Positions 59,193 to 64,000 of a DNA stretch of 64,000 nt are shown piece by piece. Positions within the stretch are counted from its first letter, which is position 1; every line of letters starts with the position of its first letter. Made by a program: the position numbers and the translations under genes. The notes beneath the pieces were generated by a model. The model saw only the letters and a list, made by a program, of their open reading frames with translations. It was not told the DNA's origin and did not search any database. Source of the stretch: Eledone cirrhosa (lineage: Eukaryota); the NCBI GenBank assembly GCA_964016885.1, contig OZ024741.1:106020001-106084000 (forward strand), read 5' to 3'.

Positions 59193-59890
59193 CTTTCTTT
59201 GTAAAGATAAGGGCATTATTCTGCTTTGATAAGTTATTATGTGAATTTATGATGCAACATATTCGAAGTTGCTTTATCCCGATAACAACATCGGATTAGC
59301 AATTCTGGATGTCATTGTTTATGTATTAATGAAATACATGTAAGTTATGTAATAAATATTAATTCTTCAATTATGGAATGGTGTATTCATGTAATCTATT
59401 GATATCTCTCTCTATATATATATATGTGTGTGTGTGTGTGTTTATTTATAAAGAAAAAGAAAAGAGATGGTATTACATATTCAACATCGGTTTCATTACA
59501 TCATACTTGTTATGTACATTTCAAAGACATTAAAATGTCAATATTCAAATTATCCAATGTGTTGTCACCAGACAGGTGCTTAAATGTAAATTTTAAAAAG
59601 TTTTGTTTCGATATGCCTGCCATCGAAAAGATTTTTACATTTCAGTATCAGGAGGAAAATAACTCCAGCATCACAAAAACAAGAGCTGTTAAAAGGGTGG
59701 ATGAACTCCTTGGAGTCAATGACCATCCAAGTATGGGCTGAATAGCTTCTCCAACCCACAATTGGTCAAGCCTAGTGAGTACAGCTACACCTAACATGAC
59801 CAAAATCAACCACAAAGCAGTGGAAGTCAACTAGGGAAGGGTTCTTCCAACGGGAGTTAAAAGGCCCTGGATTGGATATATATATATATA

Positions 59891-60518
<628 letters not shown>

Positions 60519-61599
60519 TCTGCAGTGCTGAGATCGAGGAGACCATTAATCATGGGAGTACTTGATGCAAGGGGAGATGCAGAGTGAAAAGTGGGTATAG
60601 AGATATGTAAAATCCCAACCGCAACGTCAAGCGGTTTCGGTTTGCGTCACTTGGCACTACAGTTGGGATTTTACATCTCTCTCTCACCCTCTCTCTCTCT
60701 GTATATATATATATATATATGTATATATGAAAAGATTCAGGACCCTGACGGCCATTTCAGCCAGAGCTCAGCTGTCAGGGTCTTAAATCTTTTCATGTTA
60801 CCCACTCTACTATATCGAGTACTCTGGTGGGTTATGCTCCACCTGGTTTTTTACCACACCCTATCTGATATATATGTGTGTGTCTGTGCGAGTTATGGCC
60901 CTTGAGAAGCTGTCATTTTACTTAGTGTTTTCAGAGCCACGAGATTTCTATAAACGTTGACTATAAATGTGGAAAAAGAAGTTTATAAATGTTCTCTCAA
61001 CTTGAATCTTTAAAACGCAACAAAATGGTGATGGAAGTGTCAGCAAGACATCTGAATTATCAAGCAGAAACCATACCATCGGAATTTAAATCTAAAATAT
61101 TCTTGGCTAATGTAATAGAAGAAAAAGAGAGAAACCTCTGCATGTGGTATTGAAACCATTGTTAAACACAAAGACGCGATTTTCCGGGCAAGTATTAAAA
61201 TATGCCGCATATCATCAGATAAAAAAAGCAACAGAGAAGCTAATTAAATCGAAACAAAATATTAATAATAGCTACTAAATTGAATTTGCTGTAAACTAAG
61301 CAATGTGGTATAAGAATAAATTTACAACAATAGTTTATAAATTAAATTATTGAAGGAAGGAAAACCCCAAGCGAGAAATAATATAACTTCGTTTAATATG
61401 AATATTGCTCTGTGTGGGCAACATCATGACAGTGTTGGATTTCCTCTGCAATCATCCAAATTTAGAATATAAGGAATTGATCCATTCAGGGGTTGATAAA
61501 ATAAAATACCAGCCATTGGTGGAGGATTGGCAAAGTAGTTAGAGCATCGGACAAGAGGCCTCCCAGTATGCTTTCTGGGACCTATAGTCAGGAGTTAAG

Positions 61600-62720
61600 G
61601 GTTATAGCATAACTAATTAGGGACAGAATCAAGTTAGATGAGATGCAGTTTGCATTTATACCAGGTAGAGGTACTACCAGGCCCTCTTTCTGGTGAGACA
61701 ACTATAGGAGAGGAACTTAGCTAACATTAAGCCACTGTACCAGACACTTGTAGATCTGGAGAAGGCCTTTAACAGGGTCCCATGCTATGTAATCTAGTGG
61801 GCACTTAGGGAGCTAGATGTAGACAAATGACTTCTGAGGGCCGTGCAGGCCATGTATAGAGGAGCAATCAGCACAGTGAGAGTTGGCAATGAGTACTGTG
61901 ATGAATTTGAAGTGCAAGTGAGGGTCAACCAGAGATCAGTTCTCAGTCCACTCCTGTTTATCATTGTGATTCAGGCCATCACTAAGTAGTTTAAAACCAG
62001 CACTCCGTGGGAGATCCTATATACTGATAACCTAGTCGTTACACTGAATTCGTAGGACAGTTAGATAAAATTTCAAGCTTGGAAGAAGAACCGAGAGTTA
62101 AAAGGCTTAAAAGTAAACTTAACAAATATGTAAGTCTTAATAAATAGGAAAGAAGACAGGAGAGTGATACCATTAGTGAAGTGGCCTTGTTTGGTATGTC
62201 AGAAATTCCATAAGGTGCACACAGTGTATAGACACACAACAAATGTAGTGAGATTGCAAGCAGGCAAATTGAAAATATAGACTTTGTATGTGACAGATGC
62301 ACAGGAGAAGTAAGCACTAAGAGCAGACATGAAATAGATTCCATCGGTTGCCAGGGAGCCTCCTTAGAAGTAATTGACAGCTTTTGTTACCTAGATGATC
62401 AAATTAACAATGGCAGAGGGTGCACTGAAAGTGTGACAGCAAAAATTAGAACAGGTTGGAAGAAGTTTAGAGAGCTGTTACCTCTACTGACAGCAAAGAG
62501 CTTTTCTCACAGTATGAAGGGTAGACTGTATGATGCCTGTGTGTGAAATACAATGCTAGATGGTAGTGAAACATGGGCCTTGATTTCAGAAGACCTACGG
62601 AGGCTAGCAAGAAATGAATCAAGTATACTCTGTTAGTGTGCATGAATGACATAGCATAAACAAAAAACTTGGCATAAGAGGAATTAGATGTAGTGTGCAA
62701 GAGAAAAGATTGCATTGGTT
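61600..62720 (+). mobile_element. Old degenerate RTE LINE RT fragment
   Basis: Colinear with 56210-57380 (gatctggagaaggcctttaacagggtccc and others) with many stops. Confidence 0.85.
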
Positions 62721-63053
62721 ATAAAGTTATAAAGTAACTTGACTTTGTTCTTTTTATTTTCATTGTTAATTTGATAACACACACACACACACATACACAC
62801 ATGCGCTGTGTGACAAGAAGCTTGCTTCTCAACCACATGTTTCCGGGTTTAGTCCCACTGCCCAGGCCGACCAAAGCCCTGTGACTGGATTTGATAGACC
62901 GAAACTAAAAGAAGCACGTCGTATATATGTCTGTGTGTGTCTTTGCGTTTGTGTTTGCGCTCCCACGAATGCTTGTTGGCTTGTTGACATCCCCATAACT
63001 TACCAAGGTGATGCTCCAGCATGGGTGTAGTCCAGAGACAGAAAAAAAGTAAA

Positions 63054-63104
<51 letters not shown>

Positions 63105-63185
63105 GATAAGCAGAACAAGTAAAATTCAATCAATTTTTTAAAAATACATTAAAAAATATAATATAAATATTTACCTCTCCTAGTG

Positions 63186-63267
63186 GCCCTTACTGATCAG
63201 TTTCGCTTTGTAAAACCTCATAAATCCGATGGATTTATGATGGAAAACCAAAGCTCATCAGAGAAGC
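63186..63267 (-). ncRNA. Type I hammerhead ribozyme motif
   Basis: gcttct CTGATGA gctttg..cataaatcc atc ggatttatg..caaagc GAAA ctgatcag TA agggc; palindromic ACTGATCAGT stem III, GUA site. Confidence 0.85.
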
Positions 63268-63680
63268 ATTTTCCCTTCCTAGGGCTAAACGTCCCAGGAA
63301 CGACAAAATATATAACCTCCTGCCAGCAAATAAAGGTCTGAAAGGTCGTAAAAGTGACCCGTATGTAAACTGGACCGAAGTAAAAGCGGGAAAATCAAAA
63401 ACTTGCTGTCTACAATTACTACTAAAAAAATAAAAAAAATACCAGCTAAATAGAACAGCAGAATTGTTCTCAACAGACGGAGAAAGAGATTGAAGTTAAT
63501 ATGTCCAGGGATACTAGGTACCCCCAGAAATACATAGGTTGTCTATGATTCAAGGTTGTTCAATGGTATTAATTTGATACACCAGAACTTTAATATTAAG
63601 ATAAGCAGAACAAGTAAAATTCAATCAATTTTTTAAAAATACATTAAAAAATATAATATAAATATTTACCTCTCCTAGTG

Positions 63681-63762
63681 GCCCTTACTGATCAGTTTCG
63701 CTTTGTAAAACCTCATAAATCCGATGGATTTATGATGGAAAACCAAAGCTCATCAGAGAAGC
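63681..63762 (-). ncRNA. Type I hammerhead ribozyme motif (second copy)
   Basis: Identical motif 495 nt away. Confidence 0.85.
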
Positions 63763-63911
63763 ATTTTCCCTTCCTAGGGCTAAACGTCCCAGGAACGACA
63801 AAATATATAACCTCCTGCCAGCAAATAAAGGTCTGAAAGGTCGTAAAAGTGACCCGTATGTAAACTGGACCGAATTAAAAGCGGGAAAATCAAAGACTTG
63901 CTGTCTACAAT

Positions 63912-63946
<35 letters not shown>

Positions 63947-64000
63947 AGAAGAGGGGTCTCAAACTGAAGGACATAAAAGGGCCATTATGTCCTGGAGGAG

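Larger units (their letters stand above)
63101..63913 (-). mobile_element. Tandem hammerhead element with 495-bp period (1.6 units), flanked on both sides by (TA)n
   Basis: 63101-63418 is repeated at 63596-63913 with about 2 differences; one hammerhead per unit. Confidence 0.78.

Noticed and set aside
61173-61218. Minus-strand CTGATGA...GAAAatcgcgTC hammerhead-like motif
   Set aside because: No stem I pairing and imperfect stems II and III; a degenerate relic at best.

Overview
AT-rich, repeat-dense metazoan DNA. The (TA)n microsatellite load and the SINE, RTE, CR1 and mariner mix resemble an octopus/cephalopod genome (inference). The only host gene I can support is the 5' part of a Drosophila-type timeless (tim1) gene on the minus strand: four spliced coding exons between 9491 and the window start, which I assembled by hand. 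The rest is a 6.7-kb TA/TACA microsatellite, a 10.5-kb 51-bp satellite with higher-order duplications, RTE and CR1 LINE fragments, mariner and piggyBac-like relics, and SINEs. The main unexplained signal is a set of short elements embedded in (TA)n tracts. They belong to several sequence-divergent families and together carry about 12 type-I hammerhead ribozyme motifs (CUGANGA, stem II, GAAA, palindromic stem III, NUH). They occur either as fold-back inverted repeats or as 495-nt and 593-nt tandem units with one hammerhead per unit, which fits Penelope pseudo-LTR or retrozyme-like elements and possible circular-RNA templates. One family has a compensatory U3-A8 core. All folding and alignment was done by eye, and transposon boundaries are approximate.
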